Below are positions 1 to 9,293 of a stretch of 64,000 bases of DNA, piece by piece. The stretch covers positions 1,728,001 to 1,792,000 of the forward strand of contig OZ245015.1 of NCBI GenBank assembly GCA_965223705.1. Direction: 5' to 3'. The notes beneath the pieces were generated by a model. It made no database searches and was not told the DNA's origin. It was given only the letters and a program-made list of their open reading frames with translations. Each line of letters begins with the position of its first letter. The stretch's first letter is position 1. Origin of the DNA: Myxococcota bacterium (GTDB taxonomy: Bacteria > Myxococcota_A > UBA9160 > UBA6930). Both the position numbers and the translations under genes were made by a program.

Positions 1-592
1 CTTTGTCGTAGGCGAGCCGAACGCCCGGGCGATCCATGGGATCGATCACCTCGAGCCAACCCTCGCCGAGCGCGTCGTCGCGGGACTGACCCGTGACCTC
101 GGTCCACATATCCCCGAGGAACGTCACGGCACCGTCTTCGTCCGCGACGAACGCCGCGGCCGGTGAGTGCTTCGCGATGTTGTGGTACATCAAGCCAGCT
201 TTTGCCAGCTCCTCACGGGTTCGAACGAGATCGCCGATTTCCGTAAGGGTGCCGACGTGACCGCCCGGCACGGCTGACGCCTGCCCGAGCACCCAGACGA
301 CCGTTCCGTCGGGGCGTTGCATGCGGTATTCAGAAACAAACGGTGTGTTCTGCGTCGCGGCGGTGTACCACTCACGCGCGACGCGTTCACGGTCTTCGGG
401 GTGAAGGGCGTCGACCCATCCCGATGCTTCAGCCTGGCTCGACGTCAAGCCGGTGATCCCACACCAGCGTTTATTGACGGAGACACATCGACCCTCCGCA
501 TCCGTAGCGAAAAGGCCGACCGGGGCCGCATCGATCAGATCTTCCGGGTCGAGGCGCGCGTCTTCGATCACCTCATGCTGTTCGACATGCAC
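1..592 (-). CDS. PAS-domain sensor protein, N-terminal part (runs off the window edge; likely a histidine kinase or diguanylate cyclase)
   Basis: Absent from the ORF track. Manual translation from GTG 592 gives tandem PAS/PAC motifs: APVGLFATDAEGRCVSVNKRWCGITG...WVDALHPEDRERV...EYRMQRPDGTVVWV, then WTEVTGQSRDDALGEGWLEVIDPMDR. Confidence 0.85.
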   Translation of the reverse strand, partial: MHVEQHEVIEDARLDPEDLIDAAPVGLFATDAEGRCVSVNKRWCGITGLTSSQAEASGWVDALHPEDRERVAREWYTAATQNTPFVSEYRMQRPDGTVVWVLGQASAVPGGHVGTLTEIGDLVRTREELAKAGLMYHNIAKHSPAAAFVADEDGAVTFLGDMWTEVTGQSRDDALGEGWLEVIDPMDRPGVRLAYDK

Positions 593-645
593 GACGCTTG
601 TCTGGAGAGCCGAACCGAGACGGGACCTGTTCTACAAACTTTCAT

Positions 646-1290
646 CTACGGAAATAGAGAGCGATTCCAGTAGCTGCGAATCTGTATGAACTGCAGGACC
701 AGGACAAGGTTGGTCATCAGAAGAGCGGCGAGTGCAATCTGTGTGCGCGCCCCGAAGATCGCGACCACGGCGGCTGCGGCGAGGATAAGTCCGACGAACA
801 CGGTGAGGGGCACGTGCAAGGCCATCCGTCCGAGAGCGTTGGGATGCGACTGCAGGAGCTCCGAAAAATATTCACGGTTCTCGTCGAGCGTGGACGCCGC
901 CTTGAAGATCGTGGCGTTCGTGAGGGTCGCGACGACGAAGAGGCCCGCGAGTGTGAGGAGCCAAGGGAGCAGCCAGTCGGCTCCCAATGCGGAGGCCAAG
1001 ATGAATTCGAAGACTCCGAGCGCAAACGGAACGACGACGTCGTGCACCCTCGGGACCCATAACAGGCGCACCACGAGGCCCACGTAGGCGAGCCAGAGAA
1101 CGACGATTCCCTGGAAAGCGATTCCCACTTGCGCCCAACCGATCGCGGCGTGCAGCGTACCCTCCCACAAGAACGCGTGCTCTCTCACCGAACTCCACAG
1201 CACTTCGAGCGCAAGCGCTTGCACAATGCTCAAGAGGGTGAGAACCAGCGTCGGCGAGAGTTCCATCGCGCGATCTTTCGTGGTGCTCAT
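646..1290 (-). CDS. Hypothetical integral membrane protein (~6 TM)
   Basis: 214-aa hydrophobic ORF with AGGA RBS, directly downstream of the MocR gene. Confidence 0.75.
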   Translation of the reverse strand: MSTTKDRAMELSPTLVLTLLSIVQALALEVLWSSVREHAFLWEGTLHAAIGWAQVGIAFQGIVVLWLAYVGLVVRLLWVPRVHDVVVPFALGVFEFILASALGADWLLPWLLTLAGLFVVATLTNATIFKAASTLDENREYFSELLQSHPNALGRMALHVPLTVFVGLILAAAAVVAIFGARTQIALAALLMTNLVLVLQFIQIRSYWNRSLFP

Positions 1291-1302
1291 CCGGTTCCTC
1301 TC

Positions 1303-2622
1303 TTACACCGCCGCGCTTCTTGCGCGGGAATCGCGGAGCCCGCGTTCAACGGCGGCACTGACGCGAGCAACGTCGCAGGCACGAAGCGTCGAGATCGTGA
1401 TTCGGATCGCCGGCGGACTGGCGAGGCGAAACCGCGCCCCAGCTGTCGCCGCATATCCCTCGGCCAGGAGTGCTTGCAGCACGGGCGCTTCTTCGCGTGT
1501 CGGTATCCACACGTTGAGACCCGACGCGCCGTAGGCGGCGATTCCCCGCTGTTCGAGGGCTCTCATCAACCGTTCGCGGCGCTCCGCGTATTCGCCACTG
1601 GCGCGCTCGGCTCGGGACCGGACTTCCGGATCGTTCCAAAGTTCGACCACGAGTTGTTGTAATAAATGGCTCACCCAACGAAAGCCGACGCGTTGGCGAT
1701 CATCGATGCGCCCGATGGTCTCACGATCCCCCGCCATCCACGCGACACGCAGGTCCGGAGAGAGGGCCTTCGAGACCGAGCGGACGACGGCCCAGCGAGG
1801 GGTGCCGCGTCTCACGAGTGAAAGCGCCGGCGCCCCGGCGACGAGGTTCGAGTGGTCGTCTTCCAGCACCAGCACGTCGGGGTAGCGTTTCAGGATTCCG
1901 CGCAGGCGCCGCACGCGCGACGGCGTGAGCGCTGCACCGTAGGGATTTTGCGCGCGGGGTGTGATCACCATCGCTCGCGCTCCGGCCTCGAGCGCACTCT
2001 CGAGTGAAGAGGGGAGTGGACCCGCGTCGTCGATCTTCACCGGTACCGGGGTAAACCGGAGCGCTTCGACCAGATCGAAGAGGTTCGCGAACCCAGGGTC
2101 TTCGACCGCAATACGATCGCCCGGTCGGAGGTGCGCTTGCAAGGCGCGATCGATGCCGTCGAGAGCGCCGCTCACGACGGCGAGGTGTTGGTGGGGGATC
2201 CCGTCACCGGCGAAGTCGCGTTGGGCAAGCTCGAGCAGGGCCGGATGAACGTGCTCTTCCGCATACAGGTGGGGTGAGGGGTCGATGCGCCCGAGCGCGG
2301 CGGCGAGAGGCGGCAAGAGTTCCGGGTCCGGATTTCCCGTCGCGAGATCGCGGACGCCAGCGGGAACCACGGGGCCCGCCGGCGTTCGCAACGATGGGAG
2401 TGCGCGCACCCGGGTGCCGCGCCGGCCGTCGGAGACGAGCAGACCCCGACTGCGAAGGGCTCGGTACGCGGCGTTGACCGTGGTGGGGCTCACGTCGAGC
2501 GAATCGGCGAGCTCGCGCACCGTCGGAAGCCTTGCGCCGGCGGCCAGCCTTTCACGGCGAATCTCCGCTTCGATGGAGGACACGATTTGCTGAACATTGC
2601 GGCCGCGGATATTATGTGACAT
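1303..2622 (-). CDS. MocR/GabR-family transcriptional regulator (GntR wHTH + PLP-dependent aminotransferase domain)
   Basis: N-terminal LPTVRELADSLDVSPTTVNAAYRALRSRGLL HTH; aminotransferase motifs AQNPYG, EDD and SVSK (PLP lysine). Confidence 0.93.
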   Translation of the reverse strand: MSHNIRGRNVQQIVSSIEAEIRRERLAAGARLPTVRELADSLDVSPTTVNAAYRALRSRGLLVSDGRRGTRVRALPSLRTPAGPVVPAGVRDLATGNPDPELLPPLAAALGRIDPSPHLYAEEHVHPALLELAQRDFAGDGIPHQHLAVVSGALDGIDRALQAHLRPGDRIAVEDPGFANLFDLVEALRFTPVPVKIDDAGPLPSSLESALEAGARAMVITPRAQNPYGAALTPSRVRRLRGILKRYPDVLVLEDDHSNLVAGAPALSLVRRGTPRWAVVRSVSKALSPDLRVAWMAGDRETIGRIDDRQRVGFRWVSHLLQQLVVELWNDPEVRSRAERASGEYAERRERLMRALEQRGIAAYGASGLNVWIPTREEAPVLQALLAEGYAATAGARFRLASPPAIRITISTLRACDVARVSAAVERGLRDSRARSAAV

Positions 2623-2670
2623 GACAAATATAGATTGTTACAGAACAAAAAGTACACTAGGAAACACGCG

Positions 2671-3336
2671 ATGAGCGCGCAACCGACGAGCGAACGCAGC
2701 ACCGTTCGCCGCGCCCCGGAGCGCGGCGTCTACGAGCGCGACCGCATCCACGCGATCCTCGACGAAGGGCTCGTCGCGCACGTGGGCTTTCAGACGGACG
2801 CGCAGCCATTTGTCATTCCCATGGTCTACGGGCGCGTCGGCGACACGCTGTACCTGCACGGTGCCTCGGCGAGTCGGCTGGTGCGCGTCCTCGGAACGGG
2901 GGTGCCGGTATCCGTGTGCGTGACGCTCGTCGATGGTCTGGTGATGGCGCGCTCGGCGTTCCACCACTCGATGAACTATCGCTCCGTTGTAGTCCTCGGC
3001 GAAGCACGTCTCGTGGAAGACGCGGAAGAGCGGCTGAAAGCGCTTCGCGCCATCGTGGATCAGATTTCACCGGAACGCTGGGATGAGGTGCGCGGGCCCA
3101 GCGCGAAGGAGCTCGCGCGTACTTACGTGTTGGCACTGCCCCTCGCAGAAGCGAGCGCCAAGGAACGACGCGGTCCTCCGGTCGACGACGAGGAGGACTA
3201 CGAAATCGCCGTGTGGGCGGGGGAGATTCCCTCGCAACTTTCCTTTGGCGATCCCGTCGACGACGGACGTCTGCAACCGAACACCGCTTTGCCGCCACAC
3301 CTCGCATCGTACGAGCGGAAGTCCCGCGAACCTTGA
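2671..3336 (+). CDS. Pyridoxamine 5'-phosphate oxidase-like flavin-binding protein (NimA-like)
   Basis: LYLHG...DGLVMARSAFHHSMNYRSVV motif; divergent from the MocR regulator. Confidence 0.9.
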   Translation: MSAQPTSERSTVRRAPERGVYERDRIHAILDEGLVAHVGFQTDAQPFVIPMVYGRVGDTLYLHGASASRLVRVLGTGVPVSVCVTLVDGLVMARSAFHHSMNYRSVVVLGEARLVEDAEERLKALRAIVDQISPERWDEVRGPSAKELARTYVLALPLAEASAKERRGPPVDDEEDYEIAVWAGEIPSQLSFGDPVDDGRLQPNTALPPHLASYERKSREP

Positions 3337-4997
3337 GCCCGGGCGAGCAGGCTCCGGACACGATTCTTCTCGGCGGACGGATCCTCACCATGGATCCGGC
3401 GCGGCCCCGTGTGGGTGCCGTCGCACTCTCTTGCGGCAAGATCAGCGCGTGTGGCGAGCCGAACGCGGTGCTGGCCCTGCGCGAGGCGCAGACGGAGGTG
3501 GTCGAGCTGGGCGGGCGGCTGGCGATGCCGGGCCTCGTCGACGGTCACGCCCACCCGACGAAGGGTGCCCTGGCGGAGCTCTTCTCCTGCAAGTTCCCGT
3601 TCTCCGCCGAGCCGTCGGAGATTGCCGAAGCGGTGACGGCTTTCATCGCCTCGTACCCGGGCGACTCGTGGGTGGTCGGCGGCCGTTTCGGGAGCGGTTT
3701 CTTCGAGCGAAACACGATCGCGTCACCCCGCGCTTGGCTCGATGGAATCTCGGAGGGTCGGCCCGTCTATCTCCGCGACGATTCCGGCCACAACGGCTGG
3801 GCGAATACGGAAGCCTTGGTCCGACTCGGGATCGATCGGCGCACGGTGGACCCCATCGGGGGTCGCGTCGCGCGCGACGGTTCCGGAGAGCCGACGGGGC
3901 TTCTCCTCGAACAGGCCGACGCGGATGCGCGTGCGAAGATCCCCGATTGGTCCGCCGATCAGTATCGCGCTGCCGTAATCGCGATGACGAAAATCGCGAA
4001 TCGTTTCGGGATCACGGGAGTGGTCGACGCCTACGCCACCGAGCCGCTATTGCGCGCCTATCACGCCGTCGACGCGAGTGACGACCTGACGCTGTACGTC
4101 ACAGCATCCCTGTCGACGCCTTTCGGCCATCGCGAGACGCCGCTCGACTACGAACGGCTGGAGGCCCTTCGCGATAGGTATGCGTCTTCTCGCGTCGATA
4201 CGCGATTCGCCAAGATCTATCAGGACGGCGTGCCCACGGGCGCGCGTACCGCGGCCATGCTCGAACCGTACCTCCCCGCCGAGGGCCAGCCGGACGGCTT
4301 TCGCGGTCAACTTCACGTGGGCGAAGAGGTGTTGTCACGCGATATCGCGGAGCTCGAACGCCGGGGTTTTACCGTCAAACTCCACACTGCAGGCGACCGC
4401 TCCGTTCGCGTCGCCCTAGACGCCATCGAGGCCGCCCACGGCGCGACGGGGCGACGCGACCTTCGCCACGAGCTCGCGCACGCGGGATTGATCGATCCCC
4501 TGGACCTACCGCGATTCGCCGCACTCAACGTCGTCGCGGATCTGTCTCCCTATTTGTGGCATCCCTCGCCGGTACTCGATTCCATTCGATCGGCGATCGG
4601 ACCGCGAGCCGATTGCTATTGGCCGATTCGGTCGCTTCTCGAGTCGGGGGCACCGCTGCTCGCGGGCTCCGACTGGCCCGCAGCCGTCGCGTCAATGGAT
4701 CCATGGGTCGGGATCGAGGCGATGGTCACGAGGCGAGATCCCACAGGCCAAAGCACCGGGGCCTTGGGTCCCGAGCAGGCGCTCACACTCGAAGAAACCC
4801 TCGCTATCTTTACCCGGGACGGCGCCCGCGCCATGCGACGCGAAGAGATGACGGGAAGCATCGAGGTCGGCAAGTCGGCGGATCTCATCGTGCTCGACCG
4901 CGACTTGTTCGCCGTTCCGCCCACGGAGATCTCAGCGTCACGTGTCGACTTGACGTTCTTCGAAGGCGAGATCGTCTATCGACGCCCCGGATCCTAG
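3333..4997 (+). CDS. Amidohydrolase 3 family (YtcJ-like) metallo-hydrolase
   Basis: PGLVDGHAH, GHNGWAN, KLHTAGD, HELAH and GSDWP motifs; TTG start overlaps the upstream TGA. Confidence 0.9.
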   Translation: MSPGEQAPDTILLGGRILTMDPARPRVGAVALSCGKISACGEPNAVLALREAQTEVVELGGRLAMPGLVDGHAHPTKGALAELFSCKFPFSAEPSEIAEAVTAFIASYPGDSWVVGGRFGSGFFERNTIASPRAWLDGISEGRPVYLRDDSGHNGWANTEALVRLGIDRRTVDPIGGRVARDGSGEPTGLLLEQADADARAKIPDWSADQYRAAVIAMTKIANRFGITGVVDAYATEPLLRAYHAVDASDDLTLYVTASLSTPFGHRETPLDYERLEALRDRYASSRVDTRFAKIYQDGVPTGARTAAMLEPYLPAEGQPDGFRGQLHVGEEVLSRDIAELERRGFTVKLHTAGDRSVRVALDAIEAAHGATGRRDLRHELAHAGLIDPLDLPRFAALNVVADLSPYLWHPSPVLDSIRSAIGPRADCYWPIRSLLESGAPLLAGSDWPAAVASMDPWVGIEAMVTRRDPTGQSTGALGPEQALTLEETLAIFTRDGARAMRREEMTGSIEVGKSADLIVLDRDLFAVPPTEISASRVDLTFFEGEIVYRRPGS

Positions 4998-5800
4998 CGG
5001 CCCGTCCACTGCGGTTCGCGCTTCTCGGAAAACGCTTTAGGACCCTCGCGCGCGTCTTCGCTCGCGCGGCGTCGCTCCTCCCACGCGTACTCCGCCTCGA
5101 AGGCCTCTCGGAGGCTCACATCGAGGCCTTCCATCGCCGCCTGTTTCGTCGCACGCACGGCCAGAGGCGCACAGCGAAGGATGTCGTTCACCCATGAGGC
5201 GACGCACGCGTCGAGCTCTTCCATCGCGACGACTTCGTTGACGAGGCCGAGCTCGTACGCGCGTGCGGCACTCATATGGCGACCGGTCAGCAGGTAGCCC
5301 ATGGCCACCTTGAGCGGCAGCTGCCGCGGAAGTCGGTGAACACCCACCGCACCGGCGATCAGGCCGCGCCGCGGCTCCGGAAGGCCGAGCTCAGCCGTCT
5401 CGGCGGCAATGATGAGATCGCAGGCGAGGGCGAGTTCGAGCCCGCCGCCCAGCGCGAAGCCGTTGACTCGCGCGATCAGCGGTTTGGCAAAACGCCACCG
5501 CATCGGAAGCGGATGGGTCTCGTCGGCGAGCCGCTGCCACGAACTCCGTTGGGGTTCGTCGGCCTCGCGCGCAAGCGCCCGGTGTTTGAGATCGGCACCC
5601 GCACAAAACGCGCGGTCGCCAGCACCCGTGATAACGGCGAGCCAGATCTCCTCGTTGCGTTCGACCTCATCGAAACGCTGGGAGAGCTCCCAGCGAAGTT
5701 GGGGGTTGAGCGCATTCATCGCTTCGGGGCGATTGAGGGTGATCGTGGCGACGTGTCCCTCGAGCTTCCACGTCGTCGTCGTGCCCAGCGGTTCGCTCAT
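4994..5800 (-). CDS. Enoyl-CoA hydratase/isomerase family protein
   Basis: LNRPEAMNA, AFCAGADL, GGGLELALACD and PE motifs; start MSEPLG overlaps the LLM stop. Confidence 0.93.
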   Translation of the reverse strand: MSEPLGTTTTWKLEGHVATITLNRPEAMNALNPQLRWELSQRFDEVERNEEIWLAVITGAGDRAFCAGADLKHRALAREADEPQRSSWQRLADETHPLPMRWRFAKPLIARVNGFALGGGLELALACDLIIAAETAELGLPEPRRGLIAGAVGVHRLPRQLPLKVAMGYLLTGRHMSAARAYELGLVNEVVAMEELDACVASWVNDILRCAPLAVRATKQAAMEGLDVSLREAFEAEYAWEERRRASEDAREGPKAFSEKREPQWTGR

Positions 5801-7158
5801 GACGGCGCACTCGCAGAAGCGCGACGGTAACCGCTGAACCCCAGGTTCTCGCGCAGGATCGAGCTGCGGTAGTCCTCCTGATGGAGACCGCGCCGCTGCA
5901 GCTCGGGAACGGCGATGCGCACGAAATCTTCGTACGTCCCCGGAACGTGGCTGGCTCCGATGACGAAGCCGTCGCAGGCCGACTCGCGAAACCACTGTTC
6001 GAGCTCGTCCGCAACGCGTTTCGCCGAGCCTACGAAGGTCGGCGCCTCGCGGATGGTGCCGCGCCGGCTGAATTCGATGAAGTCGTTCACCGTCGGGTGG
6101 CTCTTCCCGGAGAGGGTCATCACGCGATCCCGCAGCGCGTGAAGTCCCGAGAGGCTCGCAATCTCCTCGTCGCTGAACGGTTCGTCCGGGGCCTTGCTGC
6201 CGAAGTCGAAGTTCATGACTTCCGAGAGAAGCGTGAGCGAGTCGATCGGCTTCGCCAGACGCTCGATTCGAGCCATCTTGTCTTCGGCTTCGCTCTGCGT
6301 CTCCGCCACGACCGGGTGGATCAAGGGAACGACTCGAAAGGATTGCGGATCGCGCCCTTGCGCTTCAGCTTCGGCACGCATCTCCGCGTAGGCGTTTTGT
6401 CCGTAGGCCAACGTCGGGAAGATCGCGAAGATCACCTCACCCCAACGGACGGCGAACTGCCGGCCGCGGCCGCTTTGCCCGGCCTGGATCACGACCGGAT
6501 GGACTTGCGGCGTTTGTGGAACCGTAAAGGGACCGCGGGACCGGAAGTACGTGCCTTCGTGGTCCAAGCGACGGACTTTCTCCGGATCCGCGAAACGACC
6601 CCGCTCGCGGTCGACGACCAGGGCGTCTTCGGCCCAGCTGTTCCAGTGGCCGATCACGACCTCCATGAACTCATCGCAGCGGTCGTACCGCGTGTCGTGC
6701 GCAATCGCTTCGCGTCGCCCCATGTTGCGGGCTTCCGAGTCGTTGAGCGACGTGACGACGTTCCAAGCCGCACGCCCGCCGCTCATATGGTCGAGGGTCG
6801 AGAATTGGCGGGCGATGTGAAAGGGCTCGTGATAACTCGTCGACATGGTCGCGCCGAGCCCGATGTGTTCCGTGACCGCTCCGAGAACCGCGAGGATGGG
6901 GATGGGATCCATCTTGACGACCCGCACGCCGTGCTCCACCGCCGCCGCGTGGTCGGCGCCGTAGATGTCGGGCATCGCCAGCCGATCGTCGAAGAACAGC
7001 ATGTGGAACTTTCCCCGTTCAAGGGTCTTCGCGATGTGCTGGTAGTAGTCTGCGCGCAGGAAGTCTCGACGCGCCTCGGGGTGTCGCCACGAGCCGGGGT
7101 AGTTCGAGCAGTTTTGGGCCTGCATGAAGCCCACCAGGGCCATCTGCCGATGCCCCAC
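5797..7158 (-). CDS. LLM-class flavin-dependent monooxygenase (NtaA/SnaA/DszA family)
   Basis: FFDDRLAMP, STLDHMSGGRAAWNVVTS, QAGQSGRG and VPELQRRG motifs. Start is GTG 7158 or ATG 7143; the longer ORF-track extension overlaps the next gene. Confidence 0.92.
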   Translation of the reverse strand: MGHRQMALVGFMQAQNCSNYPGSWRHPEARRDFLRADYYQHIAKTLERGKFHMLFFDDRLAMPDIYGADHAAAVEHGVRVVKMDPIPILAVLGAVTEHIGLGATMSTSYHEPFHIARQFSTLDHMSGGRAAWNVVTSLNDSEARNMGRREAIAHDTRYDRCDEFMEVVIGHWNSWAEDALVVDRERGRFADPEKVRRLDHEGTYFRSRGPFTVPQTPQVHPVVIQAGQSGRGRQFAVRWGEVIFAIFPTLAYGQNAYAEMRAEAEAQGRDPQSFRVVPLIHPVVAETQSEAEDKMARIERLAKPIDSLTLLSEVMNFDFGSKAPDEPFSDEEIASLSGLHALRDRVMTLSGKSHPTVNDFIEFSRRGTIREAPTFVGSAKRVADELEQWFRESACDGFVIGASHVPGTYEDFVRIAVPELQRRGLHQEDYRSSILRENLGFSGYRRASASAPS

Positions 7159-7223
7159 CGTCAGTTGCCAACGATCGGAACGCCGCGGTGGGCCAGTTCG
7201 TCGATCATGAAATCTCCTGCCCG

Positions 7224-7949
7224 CTAACCGAGAGGGTTTTCGCGTAGGAACTCCCGAACACGGGCGAAACCCGCTTCGACGTTCTCGGGCTCTTTCCACC
7301 GTTCGATGAGTTCCGCATTCCGTGCGAGCTTCGCCACCTCGCGCGACGTCGCTTGCGGGTGATAGGCGTCGTCGCCCATCAGGATGAGCAGCGGCGTCTC
7401 CATCTTCTGGACGTCTTCGGGGCTTGCACAGTACAAGAACTCGCCGCCGAACATCCGCGCTTTGTACGTGGCCCAGTCTTCGTCGGAGACGTCGGGGTGC
7501 TCCTCCTTCTTGTCGGCGACCCAGCCGTCGAACAGCTCGGCAAAGACGGGCCCGTTGTCGGGCGACGCGCCGATGGGTTGCAGCATCACCGCCGCGCCGG
7601 CACGCCGCGGAGCCTCTTTCAGGAAGCCGGCGATGAACGAGCCTCCGATACAGCAGCCGAGGAGATGGCAGCGATCGACGCCCAGGTGGTCGAGGAGCCC
7701 GAAGTGGTCCGCGGTGTAGCGCCCCCACCCCTCGTCCCCACCGATGGGTGCTTTCGACTGACCGGCGTTTCGCTGATCCATCGCAATGACCCGAAATTCG
7801 CCCGCAAGTCGCTCGATCGGGTTCCACGGCACGTTGCCCCACATGGGAATCGCGGAGCGCATGCCGCCCGGAGCGAACAGCAGAATCGGCTCGCCGTCTC
7901 CATGCACTTCGTAATAGATCTCTGCGCCGTCGCGCTCATACAAGGGCAT
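7224..7949 (-). CDS. Alpha/beta-fold hydrolase with a Cys at the nucleophile elbow
   Basis: GDGEPILLFAPGG, DQRNAGQS, GCCIGG and DDAYHP motifs; GAGG RBS. Confidence 0.88.
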   Translation of the reverse strand: MPLYERDGAEIYYEVHGDGEPILLFAPGGMRSAIPMWGNVPWNPIERLAGEFRVIAMDQRNAGQSKAPIGGDEGWGRYTADHFGLLDHLGVDRCHLLGCCIGGSFIAGFLKEAPRRAGAAVMLQPIGASPDNGPVFAELFDGWVADKKEEHPDVSDEDWATYKARMFGGEFLYCASPEDVQKMETPLLILMGDDAYHPQATSREVAKLARNAELIERWKEPENVEAGFARVREFLRENPLG

Positions 7950-8007
7950 CTCGGCCTCCTCGGTGGTGGCGGTTTACGCGCCGCTGGCTCCGTTCGTATC
8001 GTAGTCT

Positions 8008-8715
8008 ATGACGACGGAGGCCTCGATGAGACAAGGCACAGAGATCGCCTGCGCGGCGAGCGGCATCGGTTTCCTCGTGTTCTACATCGTCGGTTGGTGG
8101 TTCATCGCCGGGTTCGTGCCGCCCCACGCGCCGGTCATGGAAGCCGGTGAGCTCGCGGATCGGTACCGACAGAACACCGGGACGATCCGGTTCGGGATCA
8201 TGCTCGCCATGATCGGCGCGGGACTCGTGCTTCCCTTCGCGGGAGTGATCGCCGGAAAGCTCCGCCGGATCGAGCCCGATACTCACGTACTTGCGTTTAC
8301 CCAACTCGCAGCAGCTGCCGTCACTTCGGTGATCTTGCTGCTCCCGACCGTGTTGTGGACCGCCGCCGCGTTTCGGCCCGAGCGGAATCCGGAATTGATC
8401 CTCCTGCTCAACGATTTCGCTTGGCTGCTGTTGCTGATGACGTTCTCGCCATTCCTCGTCCAGTTCACGTGTATCGGCCTCGCGGTACTGTCGGACAGAA
8501 GCGAGCCTCCGGTGTTCCCGCGCTGGGTCGGCTACTTCAACATTTGGGTGGCGGTGCTGGCGGTTCCCGGAGGTCTTGTCACGTTCTTCAAGACGGGGCC
8601 GTTCGCCTGGAACGGTCTTCTCGCATTCTGGCTCCCCGTCGTTGCGTTCGTCATCTGGTTCGTGGTGATGTTCTTCGTGCTGTTGCGGGCGATCCGGACG
8701 AGGGCGCCAGCCTGA
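8008..8715 (+). CDS. Hypothetical integral membrane protein (~6 TM)
   Basis: 235-aa hydrophobic ORF (FPRWVGYFNIW...FFKTGPFAWNG); coupled to the Cox3-like gene. Confidence 0.85.
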   Translation: MTTEASMRQGTEIACAASGIGFLVFYIVGWWFIAGFVPPHAPVMEAGELADRYRQNTGTIRFGIMLAMIGAGLVLPFAGVIAGKLRRIEPDTHVLAFTQLAAAAVTSVILLLPTVLWTAAAFRPERNPELILLLNDFAWLLLLMTFSPFLVQFTCIGLAVLSDRSEPPVFPRWVGYFNIWVAVLAVPGGLVTFFKTGPFAWNGLLAFWLPVVAFVIWFVVMFFVLLRAIRTRAPA

Positions 8716-9293
8716 AGCAAAACCAGTTCGCGAAAGATCCGTCGAGCCACGTTCCGGGAGAGCCCGGGGTCTGGGTGTTCGTCTTCGGGGACATGCTGGT
8801 CTTCGCCTTGTTCTTCGGCGTCTATGCCTACTACCGCGCGCTCGACCACGAAGCGTTTCAGACCGCTCAGACGGCTGTCGACCAAGACCTCGGTGCCTTC
8901 AATACGCTCCTACTCCTCTTGAGTTCATGGTTCGTCGTTCTCGCATTGGCGGACGCCCGCGAGCACGAAGCTCGTTTCGCACCGCGCCTCTTCCTTGCGG
9001 CGCTCGGTTGCGGAATGGGGTTCGTCGTGGTGAAGGGCGTCGAATACGCCGAGCTTCTCACTTCGGGAGTCGGGATTACGACCAACGACTTCTTCACGTA
9101 CTACTTCATCTTCACGGGTCTTCACCTGGTGCATCTCCTGATCGGACTCGGTGTCCTGGTGTTTCTCATCGGTTGGGTCCGAAAACGCGGATCCGGACGC
9201 GACGACAAGTTCCTCGAGAGCGGTTGCATCTATTGGCACATGGTCGATCTCCTGTGGATCGTCCTGTTTCCCCTGCTGTACTTGATGCCATGA
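8712..9293 (+). CDS. Cytochrome c oxidase subunit III / NorE-like membrane protein
   Basis: GVWVFVFGD, NTLLLLLSS, K..EY, FFTYYFIFTGLHLVH and YWHMVDLLWIVLFPLLY motifs. Start is uncertain; a CTG at 8712 overlaps the upstream TGA. Confidence 0.85.
   Translation: MKQNQFAKDPSSHVPGEPGVWVFVFGDMLVFALFFGVYAYYRALDHEAFQTAQTAVDQDLGAFNTLLLLLSSWFVVLALADAREHEARFAPRLFLAALGCGMGFVVVKGVEYAELLTSGVGITTNDFFTYYFIFTGLHLVHLLIGLGVLVFLIGWVRKRGSGRDDKFLESGCIYWHMVDLLWIVLFPLLYLMP

Noticed and set aside
5881..7227. 448-aa plus-strand ORF and similar long overlapping ORFs (e.g. 26109-27599, 33577-35049, 56981-58207)
   Set aside because: They lie opposite or out of frame to well-supported genes and have Arg/Gly/Ala-rich, motif-less translations.
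7159..7842. N-terminal extensions in the ORF track (LLM 681 aa, IorB 758 aa, NAD kinase 449 aa, pentapeptide 290 aa, GSII 387 aa)
   Set aside because: The extensions overlap neighbouring genes or promoters; family motifs and RBS or coupling signals point to the downstream starts used here.
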